Under the pieces are notes generated by a model, which was not told the DNA's origin, did no database searches, and saw only the letters and a list, made by a program, of their open reading frames with translations. A stretch of DNA of 64,000 bases, taken from assembly GCA_002104905.1 (NCBI GenBank), contig MCFE01000016.1, positions 62,001 to 126,000 of the forward strand. The letters run 5' to 3'. The stretch comes from Basidiobolus meristosporus CBS 931.73 (lineage: Eukaryota; Fungi; Basidiobolomycota). Positions 27,397 through 41,620 of the stretch are shown here, piece by piece. The position numbers and the translations under genes were made by a program. Each line of letters opens with the position of its first letter. Position 1 is the first letter of the stretch.

Positions 27397-29041
27397 ATGT
27401 CTTCGAAAATACCTTATGATTACCTTATAATTATCGATCTAGAAGCTACGTGCGATGAGAATGACAATCCTTTAAAGGTTCAGTTTAAAAAGGTACAGGT
27501 CTTCATTTCAGTGCTAGAGCGATTCAGACTCTAAATATGTCTTGATAGGAGGAGTCAGAAATCATTGAATTTTCCTGGGTAGTGTTTGATACGAAGAAGT
27601 TGAATGTGGTAAAGAAGCAGCAAAGTTATTGTAAACCACAAAATACCCCAATAACTCCGTTCTGTATAAATCTGACTAAAATCACGCCCAGAATGGTAGA
27701 AAAGGCTGGTTCACTTCAAGATGCTGTCACTGTTTTAGATAACTTCGTGCAAAAATCGATCATAGCAAACGGGAAAACTTTCTGCTTTGTTACTCATGGA
27801 CCTTGGGATCTAAAGATTCAATTCCCTAGAGAGGCGAAAGATAAAGGACTTAGCGTGCCCACCTATTTACAAGATTGCACGCTGTTCGATCTCAAAGTCG
27901 AATTTTTTAATTGGTTAGCACATCATCCAGAGCATAGACCCCCGAACTCTATGCTCAGTACTATGTGTAAAACCCTGAGAACTCAGCTGGTACTGCCTCA
28001 GCATTCTGGGATCAACGATTGTTTGACAATTGGCAATATCATTAGAGCTATGGTGGATTACCGACATCAAGACGTCTTCAGAAATGCAACCAATCTAGCC
28101 AAAATTCGGAAAGAGTTTCTTGAAGAAAAGTCGGATAAAGTTTTCTTTGGTGGATTACCGATGAAGATATCTTACCCAGAAATTGCCTGGTGGCTAAATG
28201 AGAACAACATTGCTTTTAAAGCCCTTTGGATGTCTCGAAACATATACCGCAGACCAACAGGCACTGGCTTTGCGATACTAGAAGATCATCAAAATGCTTT
28301 GAAGTTCTTGGAACTAAATGGTAGCACATTCCGTAATAGAGCTGTAGAGGTCATTCCAAGCACTGATAAGATTTTCAACAACATCGAGCCGAAACTGTCG
28401 TCTTGGCCAGGTCCTTATGGCGTCCTCTTAAAAGATTTTATTGAAGAAAGATCATGCATTGTCCACTTGAGCGAGATTCCGCACAAAGCAACACAAAGTG
28501 AACTGCAGTTACTGTTTTCTGCGAATGGTCTTAAGCCAAAGGATTTGTATTTGGTGAATGATACGAATAACCGTTCGGTTGGACTCGGATTTGCCGTATT
28601 CGATACTCACCCTGATGCGATGCGTTGTGTGGGTATGTCGAATACAGTCTTGAATGGACGCATCATAAAAATATATCCTAGTAACCAGGAGATATTTGAC
28701 ATGACTGAGCCTTACCGAAATTCTTTTCCAGTAGTGTATCTTTTCACAGAACCATTCATACACAACCATATGCTAACGTTCGAATTTTTCAGGCTGTACT
28801 GGGAATGCGCCGTCCGCGACCTTCAACTTTTCAAACCACCATATCCTCTACTACCAAGCAACCTCGCTATATGCCGATTCCACCTCGGCGCTTCCACACT
28901 TTCAGCTTTCCTATTATGAACAGTCCAAACATCATGATAACCAGCATGCAGGCCACTTCGATGAAATTGATGACCAAGTATACATCACAAATCAAGCCAA
29001 CCCTCATACTACATGTCATTCGTCAGCTGTGCCGAAAATAA
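27397..29041 (+). CDS. DEDDh (ERI1-like) 3'-5' exonuclease fused to two RRMs; Nrp1/ESRP-like architecture
   Basis: Exon 1 MSSKIPYDYLIIIDLEATCDE, then EIIEFSWVV, VTHGPWDL and HSGINDC. RRM1: VFFGGLP...RPTGTGFAIL. RRM2: VHLSEIPHKAT...RSVGLGFAVF. The 3' exon and end are uncertain. Confidence 0.8.
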
Positions 29042-30386
29042 ATTAGTATCAATGAAATATTTGCCAGAGTATGCTCAGCCCATGGTCTCCAAGGTAGTAG
29101 TAATTATTCCGCCATATGTTCGATAATACATATCGTATGCATGCACTCGATCGAGGATGGAAGATGGCCACACTCATACATTTAGATAATGTCCCAAATA
29201 TGCTGGTCGTAATACGAGCTGCGATTTCCAGGGGTGATTCCAAATGTGATTGGGAGGGTGTCAACGATTTTTCACTCGTTACTCAAGGCTCATACGATGC
29301 CTTGACACCCATGGATTGAGATATCTAGTTAAACTGGCCATGATAATTGGCTATCCGGTATAATAAGAGAGGGCTGAGATTTCCTGTCTTACAGGCGCAA
29401 TGATATGGCTATGAATGAATTCCATATTCAATAAGGACTGCAAAGTAGTAAGTTCTACAAATCTGGACCCGACGGCCAAACTAGCGGGAGTTCGTATTTC
29501 ACCAGCGTTGCTGTGTGCAAGAAGCCATTGATATTTATAGAAATGCCAAATATGGATCTGAATTCGAGGGAATGCTGTTGATACTGTTTGGATAGAACTG
29601 TGATGCTACACGGGCTCATTTTTGGGTAACATTATAGTAACCATTTGGCTGCACAGCCACGGACCTTGGGTACAACTGTAGGGTATGATCCCGGAACATT
29701 CAAGAATCCAGATAATTCGGATCATCTATTGCCTATCATGCAGTAATACCGTAGTCATAATGATAGACTGTGTTTATGAATATCATACCACCCATATAGA
29801 TTGTGGCTAAAGATAGGCTCGAGTGTTTGGAGGTCTTCCTGCGCGCACTCACAGTCGGCAGCTTTCCGGACGTGGCCTCTCATTGTGGAGGTTTGCAAAT
29901 ATGCTTGCCTCGGAGGTATGCTGCTTTCCGTCTGGAAGTGCTGATCTACTTCGATCATAGTTATTTCCGACTGTGGCAGTAAAAATACAATGTCAAACTC
30001 ACAATTGCAGGTAATCTTCATCACCGTTATCCAATCATCAAGGTGAACTATTCACTAAGCCACATACTCAATATCAAAATCAGCAAGTTATTTTGTGATA
30101 TCCTGGTGTTACATAAGATGTTCTTAAAGTGACACCCAACTTCCATACATTACACATATGAAAATGAAGAAATAGACCCAAGTATATCAATCACCGTACT
30201 GCCTTTGATTCAAGTTAATTCCTTCTCTCTTAAATTCAGCCATAACTACATGTGGATGCAAATTCTCGATTGAATACCTGCTTCCCTACACTCCTATCTT
30301 TGACTTCGTTGGAAGCTTTTTCTTGTTAGACCCTTGGTCTCACCTGAGCCCTCAAAAACTAGATCTCTTTCCTTTATCCCAATCAA

Positions 30387-32139
<1,753 letters not shown>

Positions 32140-33995
32140 CCCAGATGTCAAGAGCACCAATACCTCGGACCCAGACTTATTTTATGTATTCCACACACCA
32201 CCATAACCCCATCAGATATACCCAACACTCTAGCATTGGTTCTCTTAGTACCAACCAATAATTTACGTATACACTCCAGTCCCTCTGTTCAAACCATACC
32301 GAAAATTTTGCCATGTCCTCAAACACCAATAGTAATTCACAATATCAATGCCAACTTCACTATTCCAATTCTCTAAGCTAATAAATGAAAAAAAGTCTAT
32401 CCCTACTATCGGTATGAACATGCACCCAATTACATGCATTGATAGAATGCTGGCCGTTGATAAATAAAAATCCCTGGAATGGTCTACTGGTGACCAAATG
32501 CAAAAACTCGGCTCTTTTAAAACCTAGCTGATAATTTATTGGCTAGGGCAGTTTAAACAGAGCAACTCCATCCAAATTGACTCCATGTTCAGGTTTTTCA
32601 ACAGCTGCAGTATGGACTAATTTTGACAAAAATAAGATGCAATCTCTTAATCCCACTGCAATGATTTAATATATAGCAATGTACTGTAGAATCAACTAGT
32701 TGGTACTTCTGTGGTAATGTTGGAACTTCACACTGGGATATACAGATGTGAAATTCAGAATCCTTCCAGGTGCAATGGATGCTGGATACATGTAGCTAAG
32801 ATCTATGAATTGAAAATTGACTTAATTTCTTACCTGTAATGTCAACTCAAAATGCATTTTTGAGCCGTCTACAACCTTTGTCGCATTGAAGTCGACAGCA
32901 CCGCACACTCTTGGTTGATAACGCCTCTGAGCTCCACCTCATAACCGCAATCGATTGATATGGAAATTCACCAAACGAATAATAGTCGAGTGTCTTTAAA
33001 TATCAAATAGGCAGTTATAGGATTTACTAATGAATCCATATTTATCCATCATAAGATTACGTTGTTGGGAGGAAAAATGAATGACTAGTATTCCCATAAC
33101 CCATTAGCCAGAGCAGTCATGATCTGAGGCTCTTGATGCGAATCATAAATAATGGGATGTGCCTCGTTCGTATCCAAGTACGGAAGGCTCATATTGTATC
33201 AGCATCCGGATATTGGGTGGGAAAACAAATCTGTCAAAAGCTATTACCGCCCCCTAATCCAGTTGGTGCATACCACTCCATATTGACGTTGGTGGTGGCT
33301 GTTGGTGAGTGGTTTGGATCCTGATAGGGAATCAAACCATCTGGAATATGGTAACCAAATCATGCCACGAGTTTTATATGCCAAATTGGGATAGTGCCAA
33401 TAGATTAGCTTATATCGATCTATTGAATTTGAATTGAAATGGTCAAAGATAGCCGTAGCTAGTTGGCATAGGCTACGGTAATTTGGAGTGTCAGCGGAGA
33501 TAAAATCTGTGCCCTATTTTATCAGGAACCAAAGCTACTACCAAGGCTAATTTCTCTCTGTGGAAAATACTTGTGTCGCCACTTTCTCCAGGACATTGTG
33601 CTGATGTCTAACAGATCTGATCCACCTAGGGCTTCAATCTTCTACTGTGTCACTGGTTGGGTGGTTTGCCATGGTTTATTTCGATTCGATAGCATCAAAG
33701 GGGCTTCCACTAGAATGTACAAAGATTATATGTTTACACAAATGTTCTGCAGCGACAACCTTGGAATACGCCATTAGTGAAAAAGGTAAGTGAGAAAAAT
33801 GCACCTACTCATTTGGTAGGTCGGAACCGACCGTATGAAGGGAATATACATGAAGTAGGGGGTCAATACAGGATGACACTGGAAAGTAAATGAAGAAATG
33901 AAGCAAAATTCGATCGATAGCGGGTATTAAAGTATGTTGAGAAGGGTCGAATCACTTGCAAGTGGTTGGCTGCCAAAGAATGGAGAGATTGTATT

Positions 33996-36182
33996 TCAAT
34001 GCTTATCTTGTTGTGCTGACTGGTTATGGGGTGTAGATCCACACTGCTGTTGAACAATGACTTCAGTTATTAGTTCGTCTATATTCTTTTCTTGTGGCAC
34101 AACGAGTGTGGCCTGCGAAGTGCTCTGCGGATGATGTGAGTGTGGCTGGATCGATGAAGACTGTGCCAAGACAGGACTAGAGAAAGTTAAGCCTTTTGCA
34201 GGACTTTCCATTCCTATTTTGGTGAACTCGACTGGTGTAACATCTTCCTTCAGTAGCCTCAAAGTTTCTAGCAGAAAGCTACAGTAGTTGCCACAGTTCT
34301 TCCAGAAAGAATTGAGATGCCGCAGTACTTTCACCAGAAAGGTGAGGCAAAGAAAAGACCGTTGGGATTGCTCGGAGTTTTTGGATTTGGCACCATGTAG
34401 ATAGAATGTAGCCGCACTGAACACCGAGAATCCGAAGAACGGGTGGATTTGGATAACTGGCTGATCTTTGATTTCCTGAACAACCGAGAGTATACATTTG
34501 GCTGCAACAAATGCATTCTTTAAAGCTTGTGTGAAATATGGTGATTTGACATCGTACGACCATTCCTGACCTGGGATACGTAATCTGGTGAAATTAAGTC
34601 GGATAGTAATGGCTTGTTTCATGGAGAACATGAAGGAGTTGAACAAGTATAAATTGCTCTTGGGCGAGTCTTGCATCGGTACATGACGTAGTCTTTGAGG
34701 CAAGATCGTTTCCCAGGTTTGAATAGCATCATTCAGCTTGACAAACTCCTTGTGCCTTTCATCTGAGGCTAAAAAATGCCGCTCAACATAATATTTGTTG
34801 ACTCTTCCAACGATGATAGCAAGGATAGCCAAGGCCGAAAATGATGAGAGCTGTGCGCCATCCTCTGCGTTCAATGCTGGCAGGCCTTCGTTTAGCTTTA
34901 GAATTTGGTTCTGTGTAGGGATCCCGTCCTCCCAATTCGCGGTATTCACAGGCAACGACACAGAGCAATCCATGATATTAATTCCAACGGGATGCTTGCC
35001 TTCTGCGGAGAGGATTTGATCAAGCACGCAGCAGTACCACCAGGATCTCCGTTTTGTTTCCAATTCTATCCATTTTGGAACACTGTATTTCTCGAATGGC
35101 TCGGGAAATTCATCCATCCTATGTATCTTCATCATCTGACACAACCTAAGAAGAAGCATGGAGTTCAGCTTTGTAATCACGATGTCACACTCAGAAACTT
35201 ACAGTAAAAACCATTTAAGGTTCTAACCTTGTAGCTATACCTGTATTGTAGAGTGCGGTTAGATATGGTTGCTACATATCATTGCACATGATGATCCAAA
35301 AAACTTACCAATATAGACGCATGATCGGTTTTGTCGGCCGTAGGAAATCTCGTAAATGCTCATTAGCAGTAAACTCTGTATTACTTCGATAGACGCACTC
35401 TCACAACGGGAGAGGATCTCGTTTTCAAATCGCTTGGAGTAAATTGAATCGAGAGGATCTTCAGAATTCTGAGGCTGATATCGCAAAGCAAGAGCACAGA
35501 TACTGCTGATCAAAATGCTGTCTACTTTCTCTTCGCGATATTTCTCCATGAAAGTGGCTTTGTGTATGATTGGGGCATGGATATGGATGTAATTGAAATA
35601 GGTTTCCACCAGATGGCCTTCATAGCTGAACGTCTCTCGAGCAGTATCAGCTAGGGATGGGGCAGGGGACTTTCCGGCGAAAAGCTTGCTGGGGTCGGGG
35701 GATTGCTTTGATGTTTGCGGGGATGAAACCTCCATTATATCCGAGGGGACACTGCGTGGGGTGTCAATATTATGACAATTTAAGACATCGTGCTCTGAAT
35801 CTGATTTACTATCCTCCTCCATAGCTCCCTTTGATGTGCTCTGTGAAGGCTGTTCTTTTTGTAAGAGAGCCTCTACTTCGTTCCCCTCTTCGGCGGCCAT
35901 AGAGGAAGTTACCTCAATAATCTTCCCACCGTCCATTTTCAAAACGGTTTGCTGAAAATTTCCCGACACACCGGATAGAAACCCAAAGGCGTCCATCATA
36001 TTCTGGCGCGGGCCTCTTCTTTTGTTTCTGGTCAAAAATGTACAAGGGATATTCAAACGATAGCAAGTACTACAAGAAGGCTTCGTAGCATCGCAACGAA
36101 CTTTCATTTTTCGGCAGCAATCGCAGGCCTGAGTGAGTCTTTTCCGTTTCATAGATGAATAGTCGCAAAATTCGGGGTCCAT
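33996..36182 (-). CDS. Zn(II)2Cys6 fungal transcription factor with fungal-specific TF domain
   Basis: ACDCCRKMKVRCDATKPSCSTCYRLNIPC, YFNYIHIHAPIIHKATF, IQSLLLMSIYE, ETKRRSWWYCCVLD. Confidence 0.92.
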
Positions 36183-38344
36183 TTTATACTAAGCTCAGCT
36201 CGTAACGGTTACTATACTTGTATTATATTTACAGCTGTGGCTGCAATAGAGAGATTAAAGGCCGGCGCTACAAAATGACAAAGATGTATTGTGGAATTTT
36301 GGTTCAAAATTAGATGACCTTCAGTAAGCACATGTAACCAAAAGTTGCAGTAGGCGGAAGTGGGAGAAGCGGTAAATATCAAGGTCGATGGTGAGAATTA
36401 CCACTCTTAATTTTTGGTTTGAATTTTCAAAGGGTATTTCAGATAGTCATACCCTTATTCCGTATTAAGGTCCTGAAATAAATGATTCCCGCCTCAATCC
36501 AACAATGCCTATTTTGTACAATAATGTCAGAAAACGACCGATTTAGAGAACCCAGCTTACATCCTACAACAAATACAAACTTCTATCGAACCATCTGGCA
36601 ATCAAGCTGCACGTTAATATACAGCTGTTCCCAAACCACCTGCGCCAACACAAATCATTTAGCGTCAAGGTAGGCTACGTTCATCTCGTTTGTCTCGAAA
36701 AGGGTTATGATGTCTATATTATGCCCCAAATGTAAGACTCTAATAGTTCCAAGCAATCCCTTAGTCTATATATCAAATCAGCACCGGTTAATGTGTTCTG
36801 TCGAAGTTTTCCAATTTTTGAATACCAAACTCTCAATCCCAACAACTGAGTCACTGAACACTATTCCGAATCAGTCCAATCAGGAGGCGCATTTATGGCG
36901 ACATGCTCCTGTCACCATCATAATACTGATGTTGAGTAGATATGATTATTAAGTGGCAGCTAGCCCTTTCAAGGAACCGAATCTCGATCGGATCACTGAG
37001 CGGCTCAAAATGGCAGTAAATATTGGCAGATTATTGTGATCACATTGGACCAAGAGCGTTGTTGATGCTTTCGAGAGCACACATGATTTTGGACTTCCCA
37101 GTAGGAATGTTCGGCAGGAAATTTTGGGGAGCGCGGGTTCAATAAGGAAACACCATATGAAATTGATTCGAGCAAGAACCTGGATTGCATTGAAAGACGC
37201 TATTGTCCTACATGGCCTCCGTTCGTAGGTGCTTATATACATGAAGTTATACAAATGAGCGTGGATTACCAGTGAGTCACGCATAGCTGGTACTCTTCAC
37301 ACGTTATCTGATTGTAAAGCCAAGCTTTCTGGTACACTCATTCCGTGTGCGAGATGTTTCAAATAAGACTTATGGACATCGATATCATTCATTGTCAAAA
37401 TTGGGTAGCATGCGGAGAGTGCGGAGAACATGAGGTTTTTCGATAAAACGCGCGAACGATTGTAATTGGAGCTGCACCCATAAAATATTCCCATACTCTC
37501 AAAAACACGAATAATATAGGTGTAGATTCTAGTTTCTGTGGTTACATTTCTTCAGATGTTAGATGCATCAGAACAGAAAATCCGATGAAATCTGATCGGA
37601 AAGACGCATATATTAGGAAGAGGTCATAGGCTATACAACGCCATATGCTAGGAGAATTAGTGGTGTAGCAAGCGGCCAGATGGTAGAATAAACAGCTGTC
37701 TATCCCGCATCACAGAAAGAAGTGCCATTTCCAATTATGTAGTGGTAAAGATATTGGTGTCTTCTCTATGGTTTCCAAATCGATGCTTTTAGTAAGAATA
37801 TGGTACAGAGATGCTCTCAGTACCAAACTAAGCATGAAGCTTGTGGTCCTCTTACTCATTCAATAATGTGATACAAATATTGTCAAATTTGTAAAGATAA
37901 CTGAATCCAGCAATTTGAGTTGAAGTTTGATATGATGATTCCTCCGTAGATTTTAGACTACAGTTAGCAGCCTAAAGCCAGGTGCAAGTTTTCATCGTCA
38001 TTTTGAGGCTTTTTGACAAAGATTATACTGCATGGTGATCTGCATTCGTCCTAGAAGAGATTTTTGGTGGATCCCATCACCTTGAAATCAACAAAAATCC
38101 AACTGAGTTCAACTTCAGGGTTAGGGCGTGTGTTTGAGCGTAGACTACATGAAATCGTAGGTCCTCATTTATACATCTCGTGTGCAAAGGATGCCGCCTA
38201 TCTGCTATTTTGCTGAAGTCGTGAGCAATACAAAACTTGTGACTGCATGTGGGGTAGAGTGCCATCACATGCCCATAGTGAAAGGTATTAATACTATCAA
38301 AAAGTCCAAGCAAAATCCAATTCCAAAGCTATTACTGCGGATAT

Positions 38345-38595
38345 TGCTGTGCATTTTTTATTTGCGCCTAAATATTTACATCAACCTGCTTATTTAGATC
38401 CTTGCCCAAATCCTTTGCCGGAATTTATTCGGAATATTCTCATTGAAATGTTGGGTGCCTAGAACATCAAAGCCCCCAAACTTTGCACACATGTTCTTGG
38501 GAACTGCCTAAGCATGTTCCACATGTTTGTAAAGGTATAAATACCACATTTAGACTCAAAAAATCAAAGTGAAAGCCACAAAATCTACTTGTTCT
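38345..38595 (+). mobile_element. Degenerate LTR copy A (same family as B and C)
   Basis: Shares cctaaatattt, cccaaactttgcacac, gtataaatac and agtgaaagccaca...tctactt blocks with copies B and C. Ends are eroded, no TSD was found and the boundaries are approximate. Confidence 0.6.
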
Positions 38596-38672
38596 TCATT
38601 AAGAGGGGTACTTTCAGTTATTAGCACAATGGGTCATAGGCAAGCGTCTCTCTTGCTCAGCTTGGTCAAACA

Positions 38673-38970
38673 TGTTGTAAAAATTTGTAATTACTCCTAA
38701 ATATTTAACTATCTTAGTCACTTGGATCATCACCTACAAATCTTAGAGAATTCTGAGCAAATCCCTGCAAGGAATTTCTCAAAGCTGTCCAAACAGCCCC
38801 AAACTTTGCACACCTGTTTTTGTGGCCTTCCTAGGCATATTCTACGTGTTTTTTTGCCAAGCCCATGTAAAAGTATAAATACCACTTTACATTCAATAGA
38901 TCATAAAGTGAAACCACATAGTCTACTTGCTCTCACAATCACTTCCAATATCTCCAAAACTTTTACAACA
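38673..38970 (+). mobile_element. Solo LTR B (298 bp), Ty1/copia-like
   Basis: Starts TGTTGTAAAA and ends TTTTACAACA (10-bp terminal inverted repeat). Flanked on both sides by AAACA (38668-38672 and 38971-38975). Internal TATAAAT at 38874. Confidence 0.88.
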
Positions 38971-39827
38971 AAACAAGCTACCAATATGATTTGGGAAAGT
39001 TCATAGCAAAAGATGTGAAAGATTTGTGGCAATTTAAAATGTAGGTTAGTGTCAGAGGCTAGGTTGTCCCCTAGAAAAGACCACAAATACTTGTTTACCA
39101 AGCTAAATAACCCAAACTCAAAGTGCCAAGAAAATATAGAGATGGTACTCAATAGTATCTCTAGCCAATGGAGGCAGGGAGAGATATGAGGATGTCTACA
39201 GCAGTAAATCCCTCTGGAGCATCAGAAGATATGAATGGTATATGCTAGATTACTTATAGAGTAAAATTGGAGAATACATATTTTGAGCAGAACTTTGCGG
39301 AGCCAAGAATATTCCATGAACATATATCTCAGAAAGTTGTGTAAAAGCATGGGACCATCTGAACAAGTTTGAATATACCAATAGCTTGCACAATATCACT
39401 AACTCGAAGTATCAGCTTGTGTTATTGGTTTAGTAACAGCTCAAATATGTGTGATTCTAGTGCTAACCTTGATAAATTCACATTTACCTCAGCCTTCTCT
39501 GTGTAACTATTATAGTTAGAGTTCCCACCAGAAACCTTGGATGGATACCATTACAGTACCATAAGCAAATTAGCAGAAATTCAACTTGGATTAACCTTGA
39601 CTTTTTCAGACATTTATGGTCTATATTTAAGTACTACATGCAATACATAGGCCGCCAGATCCGCTATTCCTAATCGAGGTATGAAGATTAGCTACTGGAT
39701 ATATTGGCGGTAGAATAAGAATACATGGACATACTGAAAAGGTGCAAATACAACTCTGAAATTTTTGATAGGGAAGTATTGAAAAGCCCATCACTGATTG
39801 TCAGCAGCATGTACTCTAAGTAGCGAG

Positions 39828-40158
39828 TGTTGTAAAAATTCGGAATTCCACCTAAATATTCACCTAACTTAGTCACTTTGATCATTACCTACAAATCTTA
39901 GAGAATACTGACCAAATTCCTTGTCGGGATTTACTTGGAATATTTACCCAGAACATGAAAATTAGATAAGTTGTCCAAACAGCCCCAAACTTGCACACAT
40001 ATTCTTGGGATCTTCCTAAGCCTATTCCACGTGTTTGTTATGCCAAGACCACGTAAAAGTATAAATACTACTTTTACATTCAATAAATCATTAAGTGAAA
40101 GCCACATAATCTACTTTTTCTCCCAATCACTTCCAATATCTCCAAGACTCCTACAACA
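39828..40158 (+). mobile_element. Solo LTR C (331 bp), Ty1/copia-like
   Basis: Starts TGTTGTAAAAATT and ends CCTACAACA. Flanked on both sides by GCGAG (39823-39827 and 40159-40163). TATAAAT at 40060. Alignable with B over its whole length. Confidence 0.88.
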
Positions 40159-41620
40159 GCGAGAAATCAACAAGGGAATGATATTCTTCAGATCATTTGT
40201 AGGCATGCCCAATTCAGACACATTTTCCTGAAACATGCCAAAAATGATTGTGCAGTGCAGATACATGCAAATGCGTGAAATTTACGAATTCTTCTGAAGC
40301 CAAGCCTTGCATTAACCCTTCAGAGATTTCTGCATGACATTACATTGAAAAGATGTCATGGAAATAGTAATCTCTGTTGGACTAATAACATTTGAGTTCT
40401 GGCATCAATTGTATATGTATGCTTAATAAACAATTTTCCTAGCCATAAGTTTTTGGAAACCATGATTCAACAAAATCAGGTGAAAACCTAATTCAAAACC
40501 ACTAGCCAATCACTCAGTTTTGCATATGGCTTCTTTAAGACATGCATCAGATTTTTTGACCTTGGTTGCCTATCAACCTGACCTCTTAATAATTTGTTCA
40601 GGATTTAAATGGTTCCGTTGATGCTGCATAAAATGGGTACAGCGAAAAGGCCAAATCATGGTGGTGTACAGATAATTCAGACGCCAACATTACTAGAAAT
40701 CGGCAGTATCGTGGAGAGCATTGGTCAGAAACAATATTCTGAAGCTGTGAATTCGCGGTTAACTCTTCGCGGGGTCCAATCAAGTGCATTGAATCTCCAA
40801 ATATACGCTTTCCAGATAGATAGTGCACTGTTTTCTATCAGCTGAGCGGTTGTGTACCATCCCATATCGAGCATATATTGCTGGGATTAATTGCGTTTCG
40901 AATGCTGAGACATTCAGTTGCTGTTTCAGCGCTCAACTAATTCTTTTTCGGGGTTTGTTGGGCCGAAATATAACATAGCTAGCGGGCCCATTGGATACGA
41001 GCTACCCCCGTGATGCGATTGGGAATCAATCATTGCTACTTCACAATAATCTTCAAAATCACCAAATCGGACATTATCTCGAGGTTTTAGGGATGACCAA
41101 GAAATACAAATTTTCATTAAGGAGCATTGCGCCCATGATGGTGCTATCAGGAAAGCTCACAGTCCAGGATTCCTTTTTTGTTCTCGATGTACATAGTTTG
41201 TCATTATGCAAAGTCATGAGAAGTTGGCTCATGATCCAATACCGTTGCGCTTGGTGATGAGATTACTAGCATTGTATGGGATCCGGTTTGCTAGCGCGTA
41301 TTTGAATCGTTTGCATTAGTCTAAATGTCATCACTTCAAGAGGGGATTTCGTAATAGGTTGAATACCTGATTAGTAAACACCAAAGATGATGAATATATT
41401 AAGGATCTTTCACTGCACGGATTTGAAACTAAACTCCTATATCAGATTTCACAGTCTTGTTATTTGAAGTGATATATCTCTCTACAAACTCATTGCACCT
41501 GGGCTTTAACTTGAAGGATTCTCTGCTATGTAAGAACAAGCCTGTGTTTTCCTTGCCTCCAGGTTTATCTTAACGCTATTGCTACTATTCAGGGGCAACA
41601 AGGCAGATTCTGCAACACAC

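Noticed and set aside
29049-30024. Possible RanBP2 zinc-finger exons completing an Nrp1-like protein
   Set aside because: No W-x-C-x2-4-C-x3-N-x6-C-x2-C pattern was found in the frames read.
33380-33460. Tyrosinase CuB-like match (AIFDHFNSNSIDR)
   Set aside because: The required His spacing and DPxF motif are absent and no CuA site was seen.
38673-40158. LTRs B and C as the two ends of one non-autonomous (TRIM-like) element
   Set aside because: Each LTR has its own distinct TSD on both sides, and no PBS or polypurine tract is visible.
38345-40230. Three repeats as duplicated promoters of a decayed gene family
   Set aside because: Terminal inverted repeats and TSDs explain them better as LTRs. 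The ATGs following them open only very short frames.
40598-41257. Metalloprotease-like fragment (MLDMGWY) on the minus strand
   Set aside because: A few-residue resemblance only, with no HExxH motif and many stops.
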